From Malacoraja senta (lineage: Eukaryota): DNA of 64,000 nucleotides. The stretch is from contig CM076000.1 of the NCBI GenBank assembly GCA_038087875.1, forward strand, positions 2,170,001 to 2,234,000, written 5' to 3'. Position 1 is the first letter of the stretch; each line of letters begins with the position of its first letter. A model generated the notes under the pieces. The model had not been told where the DNA came from. It did no database searches and saw only the letters and a list, made by a program, of their open reading frames with translations. The translations under genes were made by a program, and so were the position numbers. Positions 1-12,020 of this stretch are shown here, piece after piece.

Positions 1-636
1 TTTCCTTCGATTTTAAGGTACAAAGTAACGTTATTATAATGGGATTTAGTGAAATCCAGCCAGCACTCCAGAGATTGGTCAGATTAGAGCCAAGTGTTGC
101 ATTTGATAGGTTGACAGAGAAAATGAGGTCCAGATGCTGCCGTGGTATAAAATGTTAAAATAAGTACAAGTGCATAACAACTCAAACAAATTGTGGTGTC
201 TACATCTACTCAAATTATTAACAGGCTGCGTGTGTATTAGCGGGTCCCAGTTCCTGAAGCCTTGGATTTAAAACAACAACCAATAAATCGTAGGGTGGGT
301 GGGAAGGTGCTGGGTGTTACTGAGAGGTTGATGCCAACCTTTGACCTCTGGGATCTGGACATAAATCCTGATGTGATGAAAATCTCCTCCAGCTGTTTTC
401 CTGTAAGACCTTTAAGTGAAATGAGCTCAGACAGCCCCAGTCCAGTTCCCAATGACACAGCATCTAATTTGGCATCATTTGGCTGTTTCACTCAAGAGAG
501 GTCGACCGCAGGAACTGGTGTGGGAAATTAATCCAGTCAGGCACCTTGGAGTTAAGGCCCATTTACTGGGCAGAATGGGGTGGGCTTTACTCCGTACTCA
601 ATCCTTTTATGCATGACCATGGGATGTTGGAACAGT

Positions 637-836
637 AGAAACAAGGAACTGCTGATGCAGGTTTACAAAAAAGGGCACAACGTGCAGGGGTAAATCAGTG
701 GGTCAGGCAGCATCGATGGAGAAAGAGAACAGGTAACGATTTCGGTCTGAAGTGTGTTCTGACCTGAAACGTCACCTATTCCTTTATTCCAAAGATGCTG
801 CTTGACTCGTTGAGTTACACCAGCATTTTGTATCTC
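637..836. mobile_element. Head-to-head pair of Penelope-like terminal repeats (hairpin)
   Basis: Left arm 'aatcagtgggtcaggcagcatc...ggtaacgatttcgg' is inverted relative to right arm 'gaaacgtcacctattcc...gatgctgcttgactcgttgagttacaccagc'. The same terminus follows GIY-YIG fragments elsewhere in the window. Confidence 0.65.
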
Positions 837-922
837 TTTAGATCATTATGACCTGGATTTGCCCTTCCAATCCTGCCCAGTCTCATCAACACATCCCCCG
901 CTTGCTTGCTAAAGGAGCCTAA

Positions 923-1240
923 TGGGGCTGTCCCACTGTACGAGCTAATTCAAGAGTTCTCCCGAGTTTCCCCTGATTCGAACTCGGAGAATTACGGTAA
1001 TAGCCGCTCGTAGGTACTCGGGGCTCTCGTGGACATTTTTCAACATGTTGAAAAATCTTCACGCGTCTTCACGAGCTTACTGCGCTTACCGCGCTTACCG
1101 CATTTCCCGAGTACCTGCCGTTAGCGTTACGAGCCGCTAAGAGACGTCCCGCGACGTACATTCTACGTGCTTACCACGTGTTTGATTTTTTTTTAAACTC
1201 GGGAAAGCTCTTGAATTACCTCGTACAGTGGACAGGCCCT
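923..1240. mobile_element. PIF/Harbinger-type MITE, internal type A
   Basis: Long imperfect TIRs ggggctgtcccactgtacgagctaattcaagag / ctcttgaattacctcgtacagtggacaggccct. Central palindrome tttttcaacatgttgaaaaa. TSD degenerate (taa/tca). Confidence 0.75.
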
Positions 1241-1662
1241 TCATTCTGCACCCAAGGTAGATATTCTAGCAAGCCCTTAGTGATGAGTAAGTTTGATGGC
1301 TGCATACCTCTGTGATCCAATTCCTTGAATGCTTTAAACCAGAGTTAAAGACTTGGCATTAAACTTTGTCTCTTGTCAAAGCTGGATGGCATTTGTAGCA
1401 CTTGCCACAAGCCAGGCTTTTTCCTGCCTTCACCTCTTTTTCGGCCTCCCCCCCCCCCCCCTCCCACCACCTTCACAATCAGCCTGAAAAAGGATCCTAA
1501 CCCGAAACATCACGAATATATGTTCTCCAGAGATGCTGCCTGACCTGCTGGGTTACTCCAGCACTTTGTGCCTTTGTCCTGTGCATCCTCTCTTCCAGCT
1601 TTCTTCTCCCCTCCCCCCTCACCACCACAATCCATCTGAAGATGGGTCCCGTTGATGTTTCG

Positions 1663-2303
1663 CAGGCACGGAAATTGCTGGAGGGGATGAAGGGGACCGG
1701 GGGACAGGGGGGACTCACCAGGTTAACCTACAGCCCTGCCTGGACTGACGGGACACCAGCGCTGCTTCTCCACGCTGACTGTAAGCCTGGGCCATATTTC
1801 CCGCAAGTCCAGGCAGGGCTGTAGGTTAACCTGGCGGGACAGGCAGAGTTGAGCTGGGTTCAGTGCTGCTTCTCTGCACTGGCTGTGGGCCTGGGGGCAC
1901 CACGCCCGTCTGACTCCCGACGTCTCTGCCCACCCCCGGGCGTGGGGGGGGGGGTGGGGGTTGTGGGAGGGAACTCGGGTGGGGACGGGACAGCGCCGGA
2001 GAGCCGGGATCGATCCCGGCTGCGGATGAGGAGCAGGTCTGTGCCGAGAGTGTTTTGGCACGTCTCCCTCCTCCAATCATTGCGCTGAATTATCATGTCC
2101 CGCCCCCATTGCCTGCTGACTGACATCTCTCTCGTCCAATCAGCGCCCTCGATCAGCAGTCCCACCCCCACTGTCTCGCGGAAAGCGGAGATTTCACCGT
2201 TTTTTAAAATCCGGATTACAAAAAATGGGGGGGGGGATCGTCCCCCACCTCTCAAAATAGGGAGGGACGTGTCCAACCTGGCCCCCCTGGATTGCCGCCC
2301 CTG
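1663..2303. mobile_element. Non-autonomous hAT-type DNA transposon
   Basis: 8-bp TSD ATGTTTCG at 1655-1662 and 2304-2311. TIRs CAGGCACGGAAAT / ATTGCCGCCCCTG. GC-rich, no transposase ORF. 3' part shared with 3856-4601. Confidence 0.8.
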
Positions 2304-2356
2304 ATGTTTCGGGTCGGGGAATGTGGAATCTGTGAGAGTTTACCGCCATAGCTGTG

Positions 2357-2623
2357 TTTAGTTTAGTTTAGTTTAGAGAAACAGCACGGAAACAGGCCCT
2401 TCAGCCCACCAAATCCCCGTACACTATCCTGCACACTAGGGACAATTTTCAGTTTTAACCTACAAACCTGTACGTCTTTGGCGTGTGAGAGGAAACCGGA
2501 GTACCCGGTGAAAAACCATGCGGTCATGAGGAGAACACACCAGCTCCGTACAGACATCACCCGTAGTCAGGATCGAACCCGGGTCTCTGGGGCTGTAAGA
2601 CAGCAACTCTACCGCTGCGCCAC
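2357..2623 (-). mobile_element. tRNA-derived V-SINE (HE1-like)
   Basis: Minus-strand A/B-box head (ggtggcgcagcggtag; ggttcgatcc), V-domain, CR1-like tail ending in (ctaaa)n. Confidence 0.85.
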
Positions 2624-2664
2624 CAGCTGAGTTGGAATAAATTATCTGTGCACTCTCCCGGGCA

Positions 2665-3270
2665 AGGTAGGAATTGGACAATATTGCCAGGACTCGAGGG
2701 CCTGAGCTTTCGAGAGAGGTTGGGTGGGCTGGGACTTTATTCCTTGGTGCACAGGAGGCTGAGAGGTGATCTTATAGAGAGGTGCATTATATCATGAGGG
2801 GAATTGATAGGGCGAATGCATAAAGTCACTTATCCAGGGTAGGGGAATCAAGAACAAGAGGACAGATTTGTGGGAGGGGAAAGTTTCATTGGATCCTGGG
2901 GAGCAATGTTTTCATTCAGAGGGTGGTGGGTGTATGGAACGAGCTGCCAGAGGAGGTAATTGAGGCATTTTTCCTTTCTTCTCCCCACCCCCATCACTGA
3001 AGAAGGGTTTCGGCCCAAAACGTTGCCTATTTCCTTCGCTCCATAGATGCTGCTGCACCCGCTGAGTTTATCCAGCATTTTTGTGTACCGTCGATTTTCC
3101 AGCATCTGCAGTTCCTTCTTAAATAGCATATAAAAGACACTTGGTACATGGTTAGGAAAGGCTTAGAGGGATATGGTCCAAATGCGGGCAAATAGGGCCA
3201 ACTTAAATGTGGCACCTTGGTCGGCATAGAGGAGCTGGGCCGAAGGGTGTGTTTCCGTGCTGTATGATTG
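2665..3270 (+). mobile_element. CR1 LINE 3' fragment interrupted by a Penelope-like terminus (about 2968-3122)
   Basis: CR1 end-of-ORF2 and 3'UTR motifs: ctgagaggtgatcttataga, cagagggtggtgggtgtatggaac, gggccgaaggg..tgtttccgtgctgtatga. Confidence 0.75.
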
Positions 3271-3389
3271 GATAACAGCTGACTTCTGAGGAAGGTTCAT
3301 GAATAGAAATAATAGTAGTATGACCCTTTGATTCTGTAAGAATTTCACTGTTCCATTGTTGGCACCTATGACCCTCTTGACTCCCTTGA

Positions 3390-3722
3390 CTCATAAGTTC
3401 ATACATTATAGGAACAGAATAAAGCCATTTAGCCCATTAAATCGCTCCATCATTGAATCATGGCTGACCTATCGCTCCCTTTCAACCCCATTCTCCCGCC
3501 TTCTCCCCATAACTCCTGACATCCTTACTAATCAAGAATCTGTCATTCTCCGCCTTAAAATTATCCATTGACTTGGCCTCCACTGCGGTCTGTGGCAATG
3601 AATTCCACAGATTCACCATCCTCTGGCCAAATAAATTCCTCCTCATCTCCTTTTTAAAGGTACGCCCTTTTATTTTGAGGTGGTGCCCTCTGGTCCTAGA
3701 CTCTCCATCCTCTCCACATCCA
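3390..3722 (-). mobile_element. CR1 LINE 3' fragment
   Basis: Reverse complement of the CR1 3' end (gtgaatctgtggaattcattgccacag...ggggagaaggcgggagaatgggg). Confidence 0.75.
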
Positions 3723-3855
3723 TTTGACTCTATTGTGAACTATCCCCTGCTGCAGGACAGTGGGAGGTGAATTAATGAGTGCATTGTGCTTTTTGTATTA
3801 GTTCCCTTCCATGGCTAAACAACTGGGAGCGGCTGAATGCTGGATGGCTTCTAGC

Positions 3856-4601
3856 CAGGGGCGGAAATCGCTATAAAAACATGGGGGGGCACAATTACTT
3901 GGTGGCCACATGCACGCACACACACACACACACGCGAGGGTTCGGAGGCTTCGTCGTGGGGCCTGTGGACGATAACATTGGAAGCTGACCTGGTTGGTGA
4001 CCGACTCCGAACTCCAGCAACAGCAGCTTCATCCGCCCCGAATCGTGGGGCTTGACTTGGCCCGTTCGTGGGGCCTTTCATCGCCCGGCGCAGCTTAAAA
4101 CCGGCAACGGGATCTTCCATCGCCCGGCGGGGGCGTCAACATCGGGAGCCTCGACGCAGAAATTTGACCGCGGGGCGATGGAAAATCCTGCGGCCGATTT
4201 TAACGCCGCGACGGGCAATGAAAGGCCCCGCGAACGGGCCGATTCAAGCTCCGCTCTACGATCTTTGCTCCACCAGGACGTCTCCCTCCTCTAATCACCA
4301 CGCTCTATCCTCAGTCCCATCCCCCCTACTTCTGCCTCTGACCGACACCTCCTTCCTCCAATGATCGCACTGAATCATCATGTCATGCCCCCCCCCACCC
4401 ACTGAGTGCTGACCGACGTCTCTCTCACCCTCGACCATCAGTCCCACCCCCACTGTCTCGCGGAAAGCGGAGATTTTTAATAGATTTTTTTTTCATCGAA
4501 TTTTAAAATCCGGATTATAAAATATGGGTGGGGGGGGGGGGGGGGGGGGTTGTCCCCCACCTCTCAAAACAAGGGGGGGACCCCAGGGATTTCCGCCCAT
4601 G
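3856..4601. mobile_element. Non-autonomous hAT-type DNA transposon
   Basis: TIRs CAGGGGCGGAAATC / GATTTCCGCCCATG. 8-bp TSD cttctagc (3848-3855) / tttctagc (4602-4609). 3' part shared with 1663-2303. Confidence 0.8.
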
Positions 4602-5214
4602 TTTCTAGCTCACTTTGACGGAGTGCCCCTCACAATACCTTGTTGAGCGGCACTGTGCGGCCCACCAGTGATATCCAATTCTCACCCTTCGGTCTTTAAA
4701 TATTCAAAGCCATAGTTGAATTCAGGTCATCTTATTTTGGATCCTTAACATTAAATTTTGTATCTTGTTAAAGAATTATTCACCCACTATGAAAGACTTG
4801 TATTATATTATTTCCAAAGCATGTAGAAGGCCTATGAGCATGCTGTAAGAGTCAGACTTTATGAAGTTCAGTGCTTCGGGCTTTGAGGTATGGTTACAAT
4901 TAATGAATGGAAAAATGTATGGGAGACTTTGATCTCTGTCCGCACATTTCCAATACACATTTGTCCTGTGCAAAATTCTGTTTTAAGTGCTAATTTGTAA
5001 AACCTACCACAATTATTCTGATTTGATTATTGTAAACAGAGCACATCTGAGTCTTATTATCATAGATACATGCAACATGTTCTGCTGAGAGAGTTAGTGT
5101 ACATCCATCTTTCTAACCCAGTTACTTACTACCTGTTCAGCATTTCTAATCTTTGATCAGTATTAATCTCTACACGCCTTTCATTTCCTACTCCAACTTC
5201 ATGAAGAACCAATG

Positions 5215-5537
5215 CACGTCCACCATCGATTTTCCAGCAACTTGATAACCTCTCGATCTTAACCTCATTGGGACTTCCGCGCCGATCGGCAGGTCAAATT
5301 TGCCCCCTGTGTCCGGGCCTCTGGTACTCTGGCCTGGTCGGAGCTGGCAGATCCGTTCCCATACCTGAGTTCTGAGGCTCACTTTGTGGGCCGTTATCTC
5401 GGTTCCCCAACGGCCTAGGCGGACTGTTCTGGTACCGTGGACTCCTCTCAGAGGCCGTGACCTCTGTTGGTCCGGCAAAACAGATAATCCAGAAAGCCTC
5501 TGGAATCAAGGGTGCTGGAACATTGGTGGTGGTTCTG
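5215..5537. mobile_element. Degenerate Tc1/pogo-like MITE
   Basis: About 32-bp imperfect TIRs (cacgtccaccatcgattttccagcaacttgat vs rc cagaaccaccaccaatgttccagcacccttgat). TA on the right flank, TG on the left. Confidence 0.45.
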
Positions 5538-5609
5538 TAGATTGAAATGTTTTATTATCATCTATGGGGAAGTGTGTTTAGGAGTCCTAAAACAATGGCC
5601 ACCCGCTTA

Positions 5610-5695
5610 AACAAACGTCAACATCCATCAGGCTCCTGAACACTACACAACATTAACCTCAACAATAAACTATGGACCGTCTTTCGTTGCACTCG

Positions 5696-5731
<36 letters not shown>

Positions 5732-6070
5732 ACTTGTGAGTGTGTGTGTATATATACACACTGATTTTTTTCTCTCTCGTTTATTATATTGTTTACAGTG
5801 TACTACGTTTACATATTCTGTTGTGCTGCAGCAAGTAAGAATTTCATTGTTCTATCTGGGACATATGACAATAAAACACTCTTGACTCTTGACTCTTGAC
5901 TTGACTTTGGGCTTTTTTTGTTCTAGTATTGTTGGGGTTATTAATTTTTGAATGTTTGTATATGACATATTATTTGCATTGTGTTTACAGGCCTGTTATA
6001 CTGGTGTAAATATGAATTTCATTGTTCTGCTGTCCCTACACTCGACAATTAAACACTCGTGACTCTTGCA
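5610..6070 (+). mobile_element. Two nested or adjacent Rex1/Babar LINE 3' tails with a (TA)n tract
   Basis: 'ccatcaggctcctgaac' ORF end and tail 'gtaagaatttcattgttc...tgacaataaaacactcttgactcttgac', matching the tail of the Rex1 copy at 41326-42140. Confidence 0.65.
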
Positions 6071-6904
6071 TCAAGCTTATGTTGATTGTGGGATCAGAAA
6101 CATCTAAAAGAGAAGCAGAGTTATTAGTTCAGAGTTCGCTATCAATGGTAATTTTCTAACATTTGCCTTTAAATCTCTGAATAAAGTTCTGAATTATGTT
6201 GTGTGGTTATACCAGCAGGGATTACCTGAAGGAAACAGTCTCACTACGTGGTGAAGAGAATATTTATATTGGTAAGGCCTTCTGCCTTGTAAATGGCTTT
6301 AAATGTGGGGTGGAATTGTGTGTGATGTGGTAGAGGATGGGAAGAATGGGGTGGGATGGGTGTGGTGGTGGATGAGGAGGAAGAGAGAAGCTTTCAATGT
6401 TTCTGAAAAAAGGCACAATGTATTGGAGTAACTGAATGGGCCAAGTAGCATCTCCAGAGATGCTGACTGACTCGCTGAGTTACTTCAGCACTTTGTCCCT
6501 TTTTTTGCAAACCAACATCTGCTGTTCCTTGTTTCTACATTTCATACATTTCATACATAATTTCTACACTTGATATTAAAAGTCAGTCAAGAACTATTAT
6601 GTTATTCAATATGTATTATTAATTACATGTTAAAAAAACTCAGACTTTGAATAATTTAAATAATCATGTTAAAAAAACAATGGAACCAAACATTCAAATT
6701 ATTAGCACTTCCTTTGGTTTAGGGGTGGGTTTATTAATGTCACGTGTATCTATGTACAGTGAAAAGCAGTGTTTTGCATGCTATCCAATCAGATCAAATA
6801 ATATAATGCATAAATACAATCAAGTCAACCTCAAGAACAATAGATAGAGCAAAGGGAAAGGTACAGCATGTAGAATATAGTTCTCAGTCTTGTAGCACAC
6901 CAAA

Positions 6905-7155
6905 GATAGACACAAAATGCTGGAGTAACTCAGCAGGTCAGGCAGCATCTCTGGAGAAAAGGAATAGTTGATGTTTCGGGACTATTACCTATTACCAGCC
7001 ACGATTTGTACTGCCCCTCCCCTCTCCCAGCTTTCTTCCCCCCCCCCCCACCACCTCACAATCAGTCTGAAGAAGCGGCCCGACCCGTAATATCACCTAT
7101 CTATGTTCTCCAGAGATGCTGCCTAACCCGCTGAGTTACTCCAGCACTTTGTGTT
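6905..7155. mobile_element. Head-to-head Penelope-like termini
   Basis: acacaaaatgctggagtaactcagc...tctctggag is inverted to ctccagagatgctgcc...gctgagttactccagcactttgtgt. Confidence 0.7.
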
Positions 7156-7482
7156 TTATTCACTTATTCTTTTCATCAGCCACTTTCTGGCCCATCTGTA
7201 GAAGAGTATGTTGGTCCACTATTCTCCATGGTGCTGAAGTGGAAATGGTTGAGAGCTTCAAGAGCCCTGACATAAATATTATCAACCTGCATCTGCAGTT
7301 CCTTTTCATTGTGTGTTATATTACGTCACATATGCAAGGTTAAATGATTTAATTATTTATCAGTGACTTCCACCTAACACATTCACGTGCAGGTAAATAG
7401 GTTAGACCTATTCAATTGATTTAACTTAAAAAAAAGAAACAACCCTTATTTCATAAAATCCTGAGAATTGATCCTTCTAAAA

Positions 7483-8041
7483 TGGGTGGCAGAGTGGCAC
7501 AGCAGTACAGTTGCTGCCTTACAGCACCAGAGATCCGGGTTCGACCCTGACTGCTGTGCTATCTGTATGGAGTTTGTACATTCTCCTTGTGACCGCATGA
7601 GTTTTCTCCAAGTACTCCAGTTTCCTCTCACACTCCAAAGACGTACAGGTTTGTAAGTTAATTTGGCTTTGGTAAAAATTGTAAATTGTTCCTAGTCTGC
7701 AGGATAGTGCTAATGTGTGGATGATTGATGGTCGGCATGGACTTGGTAGGCGAATGGCCTGTTTCCACGCTGTTTCATAAACTAAACATTGGTTCGATCC
7801 TGGCTATAGATGCTGTCTGTGCGGAGTTTGTACGTTCTCCCTGTGACAGCGTGGGTTTTCTCCAGGTGCTCCGGTTTCCTCCCACACTCCAAAGACGTGT
7901 AGGTTGATTGGCTTCTGTAAATTGCCCCTAATTTGTAGATAGAACAAGTGTTTGGGCGATCGTTGGTCGGCACGGACACGGTGGGCCGAAAAGCCTATTT
8001 CCACACTGTATCTCTAAACTAAACTAAACTAAAACTAAACT
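7483..8041 (+). mobile_element. Two tandem V-SINEs (7483-7787; 7790-8041, 5'-truncated)
   Basis: B box ggttcga in both, V-domain, (ctaaa)n tails. Confidence 0.85.
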
Positions 8042-8514
8042 ATCTCCCTTTGATGACAGTTGACCATTTTGCATAAGTATTTATTAAACGTACCAAGGTG
8101 CAAATGGAGAAAGTTCACTAACAAGAAATGATTAAACAGCTGTAGTTTACAGAGCAGCCTCACCCTGCAGCCACCTCCTAATGAAACGCTCACTGCATGT
8201 GTAATATCTACAAACAGGAATGAGCTATGTTAGTGCTATGCTAACAGGTGGCTATAAATCAGAATTCTCTCTTCTGGGCTTATGAAAGTTACTTTGCACA
8301 CTCCAGGGATTCATTTTAAACTAAAACAGACACAAAGTTGTGCATACCTGCCATGCCTTCGTTTTTTTTACTGAACATGGTTTAAATTAAGATGGACTGT
8401 AATAAGTATGCTGCTTAATGTAGCTCAGTCATCTGCTCAGGGTATTTTGTACAGGGCAACAATGAGTATGAGTTGTGGCTGTAAATTCTTATAAACTCAA
8501 ACATAAAGAGACAA

Positions 8515-9300
8515 GACCATGCGACATCAGAGCAGAATTAGGCTATTCGGCCTATCGAGTCTACTCCGCAATTCAATCATGGCTGATCTATTTTTCCCTC
8601 TCAACTCCATTCTCCTGACTTATCCCTGTTAAGGCTCTGTCCCACGGGTTTGCGGTCGTTGGCGGTGAGGCGCGGCGTCGCCGGAAGAGGGGACCGCACG
8701 GCAACCACGAGAGCGCCGCACGGATGCTGCGCGGGGGACCAAGTACGGCCGGTTCCACGAGCTTGCGGTTTCGGCTGATGACGTCTTTCGGAACGCGGGG
8801 CTGTGGCGGCGGCCGTGCCGCACACGTGCCTCACTGGCGGAGGCTGTGGCGGTGCAGGTTCGACTCACGGCGCTCGTGCCTCACTGGCGGCGGCTGTGGC
8901 GGTGACCGTGCCGCACTCGTGCCTCACTGGCAGCGGCTGTGCGGTAGGAACATATTTTTGGACAGTGTTGGGTTTTTTTTAGCACCGTGCGGTGTTGGGA
9001 ACAACGCCGCACGGCCCCGGAATTGTGCGTTTGACCGAGCCCGCGGTCTCTGGCGGCCCAGGAGCGGTAGATAGTTCCTGTTTCGCCGCCAATGACCGCA
9101 GACTCGTGAGACAGGCCTTTAACCTTCCTAACCAAGAATCTATCAATCACTGCCTTCAAAATACCCAATGTCTTGTCCTCCACAGCCACCTGTGACAATT
9201 AATTCCACAGATTCACCACCTTCTGGCTAAAGAAATTCCTCCTCATCTCCATTTTGAAGGTATGTCCATTTATTCCGAGGCTGTGCTCTCTAGTTCTAGA
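8515..9300 (-). mobile_element. CR1 3' fragment split by a Harbinger-type MITE
   Basis: CR1 3' sequence is continuous across 8632-9118. Confidence 0.75.
8632..9118. mobile_element. PIF/Harbinger-type MITE, internal type B (CpG-rich)
   Basis: TTA TSD at 8629-8631 and 9119-9121. TIRs AGGCTCTGTCCCAC / GTGAGACAGGCCT. Internal repeats of gtgcctcactggcgg. Second copy in opposite orientation at 40500-41081. Confidence 0.85.
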
Positions 9301-9699
9301 CAATATTACTCTCCTCACATTAACTTTGATAAAAAAACACACAGATGTTTGTAAACAAAAGAACACAAAGTGCTGGAGTAACTCATTGGGTCAGGCAGCA
9401 TCTCTGGAGAACATGGCTAGGAGACCCTTCTTCAGATTGACATAACGATGGGAATGGCCAATGGAAGACACTGCTAAAATCCCAAGTACCATTGATCTTT
9501 GAAGTTTCTATCAGCTCATGAAAGATAAAAAATGTTGGAGTAACTCAGCAGGTCACGCCTATCCATGTTCACCAGGGATCTGAATTTCTTCAGCATTTTG
9601 TGTCCTTCCCTGGTATACCAGCATCCGCAGTTTCTTGTTTCCACATTTCTATTAGCGTATGTTGAGCAAATAAAATGCAGAAAAAGAAACAAAAAATGT

Positions 9700-10900
9700 G
9701 GTATGCCAGTGCCTAGTGGTGTGTCACAAGGTTCGGTGCTGGGCCCATTGCTGTTCGTCATTTATATCAATGCTTTGGATGAGAACGTACAAGGCATGAT
9801 TAGTAAGTTTGCAGGTGACACAAAAGTGGGTGGTATTGTAGAAATAACGTTGTCAAAATTTGCAGCAGGATCTTGATCGGTTGAGCAGGTTGGCTGAGGA
9901 ATGGTTGATGGAGTTTAATACAGAGAAGTGTGAGGTGGAGCATTTTGGAAAGTCTAACATGGGCAGGACCTGGGGGAGTGTTGTAGAGGAGAGAGATCGA
10001 GGAGTGCAGGTGCATAGTTCACAGGTAGATAGGGTAGTCAAGAAGGCTTTTGGCACATTGGCCTATATTAGTCAGAGAATTGAGTACAGAAGTTGGGAGG
10101 TCATGTTGCAATTGTACAAGATGTTGGTGAGGCCACATTTAGAGTATGGTGTGCAGTTTTAGTCACCCTGGTATAGGAAAAATGTTGTTACGCTGGAAAG
10201 GGTGCAGAGAAGACTGACGAGGATGTTGCAAGGATTGGAGGCCTTGAACTATAATAATAATAGTAATCATTTATTGTAGACAAAAATGCTGGAGAAACTC
10301 AGCGGGTGAGGCAACATCTATGGAGCGAAGGAAATAGGCAATGTTTCGGGTTGAGACCCTTCGTCTGAAGAAGGGTTTCGACCCGAAACATTGCCTATTT
10401 CCTTCGCTCCATAGATGCTGCCTCACCCGCTGAGTTTCTCCAGCATTTTTGTCTACCTTCGATTTTCCAGCATCTGCAGTTCCTTCTTAAACAATAATAA
10501 TTTATTTGTCATTTGAACATATAAGTATACATTTGAACGAAATGTCGTTCCTCTGTGGTGCAAGGTTGTGGTGCAAGGTGCATAGTGGTTGATATTGATG
10601 TGAGGGGCCAGTGTAGCGCATGTGTGTGTTTTGGGTGAGGTGTGTGTGTGTGCGTTGGGGGGCAGCAGGGTGTTCAGGGAGAGGTTGGGCAGGCTGGGAC
10701 TCTAATCCATGGAGCACTGGAGGATGAGGGGTGTTCTTATAGAGGTGTATAAGATCATGAGAGAAATAGATGGAGTAAATGCACAATGTCTTTCACCCAG
10801 CGTAATGGAATCAAGAACAAGATGACACAGGTTTAAGGTGAGGGGGGGAGAAATGTAACAGGAACCTGAGGGACAACCTTTTTACATAAAGTGTTGTAAA
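9700..10900 (+). mobile_element. CR1 LINE ORF2 (RT C-terminal half) fragment, frameshifted, with nested insertions at about 10250-10700
   Basis: Translations 'VPSGVSQGSVLGPLLFVIYINALD...ISKFAGDTK' and 'QQDLDRLSRLAEEWLMEFNTEKC...LYKMLVRPHLEYGVQF' are CR1 RT motifs. Confidence 0.9.
10277..10492. mobile_element. Near-perfect hairpin of two Penelope-like termini
   Basis: gtagacaaaaatgctggagaaactcagcgggtgaggc... is inverted to ...gcctcacccgctgagtttctccagcatttttgtctac. Core ctgaagaagggtttcgacccgaaac lies near the centre. Confidence 0.8.
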
Positions 10901-11169
10901 ATGTGGTATCAGGATTGAACTCAGGACTCTGGTGTTGTGAGGCAGCAACTCCATCGCTGCACCACCGTGCTGCCCAAGATGCCTGACCTGCTGGATGATT
11001 CCAAAATTTTATGATTTTGTTTCAGATTTTTTAGCATCAGCATGCTTATTTTTTTGTTGCAGATTAGCATTGAACATTTTGTTGTGTGTACCCATCTTTC
11101 TTCATCTGTAGGCAATAGGCTGGCCCATCAAAGTTCTTAAATTAGGTTTTGGCAGCAGAATCTATCTGT

Positions 11170-12020
11170 TTAGATTCAGGTTTATTATTGTCACGTGTAT
11201 GAAGGTACACTGAAAAGCTTTCCAATCAAAATCAGATAATACTATTCATAAATACAATCAAGCCAAACTCAAGTACAATAGGTAGACAGAAGGGAAAGAT
11301 TAGGGTGCATAATGTAGTTCTCAGCATTGTAGAGAAAGTCCAATGTCCGCAATGGGGGAGAGGTGAATCAGGCAGTACCCTAAAGTCATAGAGTCATAGA
11401 GTGATGCAGTGTGGAAACAGGCCCTTCGGCCCAACTTGCCCACACCGGGCAACATGTCCCAGCTACACTAGTCCCACCTGCCTGTGTTTGGTCCATATCC
11501 CTCCAAACGTGTCCTATCCATGTGCCTGTCTAACTGTTTCATAAATGATGGGTAGACAAAATTGTTGGAGAAACTCAGCGGGTGCGGCAGCATTTATGGA
11601 GCGAAGGAAATAGGAAATAGCAATTTCCTTCACTCCATAGATGCTGCCGCACCCGCTGAGTTTCTCCAGCAATTTTGTCGCTATTTCCTTCGCTCCATAG
11701 ATGCTGCCACACCCGCTGAGTTTCTCCAGCAATTTTGTCTACCTTCGATTTTCCAGCATCTGCAGATCCTTCTTGAACATCTTAAATGTTGGGATTGTCC
11801 CTGCCTCAACTACCTCCTCTGGCAGCTTGTTCTATACACCCACCACCCTTTGTGTGAAAAAGTGACCCCTCGATTCACCTACTCTGGGCAAGAAACTCTG
11901 TGCATCTACCTGATCTTTTCCTCTCATGATTTTATGCACCTCTATAAGATCAGCTTACCCTAGCTTAAGGAAAGACCATTCAGAAGCCTGATAACAGAGA
12001 GAAAGATGCTGTTCCTTCTC
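11170..12020 (-). mobile_element. Rex1-type tail containing a CR1 tail (about 11383-11955), itself containing a Penelope-terminus hairpin (about 11551-11778)
   Basis: Each outer element resumes after the inner one. The hairpin has a duplicated right arm and a degenerate flanking duplication tcataaatgatgg / tcttaaatgttgg. Confidence 0.65.

Noticed and set aside
237..531. Overlapping 84 and 89 aa ORFs in non-repeat sequence
   Set aside because: No recognisable domain or splice context; length compatible with chance.
6218..6271. Possible small exon ending at a G|GTAAGG donor (DYLKETVSLRGEENIYI)
   Set aside because: Weak acceptor and no recognisable homology.
8601..9198. GC-rich ORFs and CpG-island appearance (also 40426-41085, 1642-2304, 3851-4364)
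   Set aside because: They lie within TIR-bounded non-autonomous elements; stop-poor GC-rich DNA explains the ORFs.
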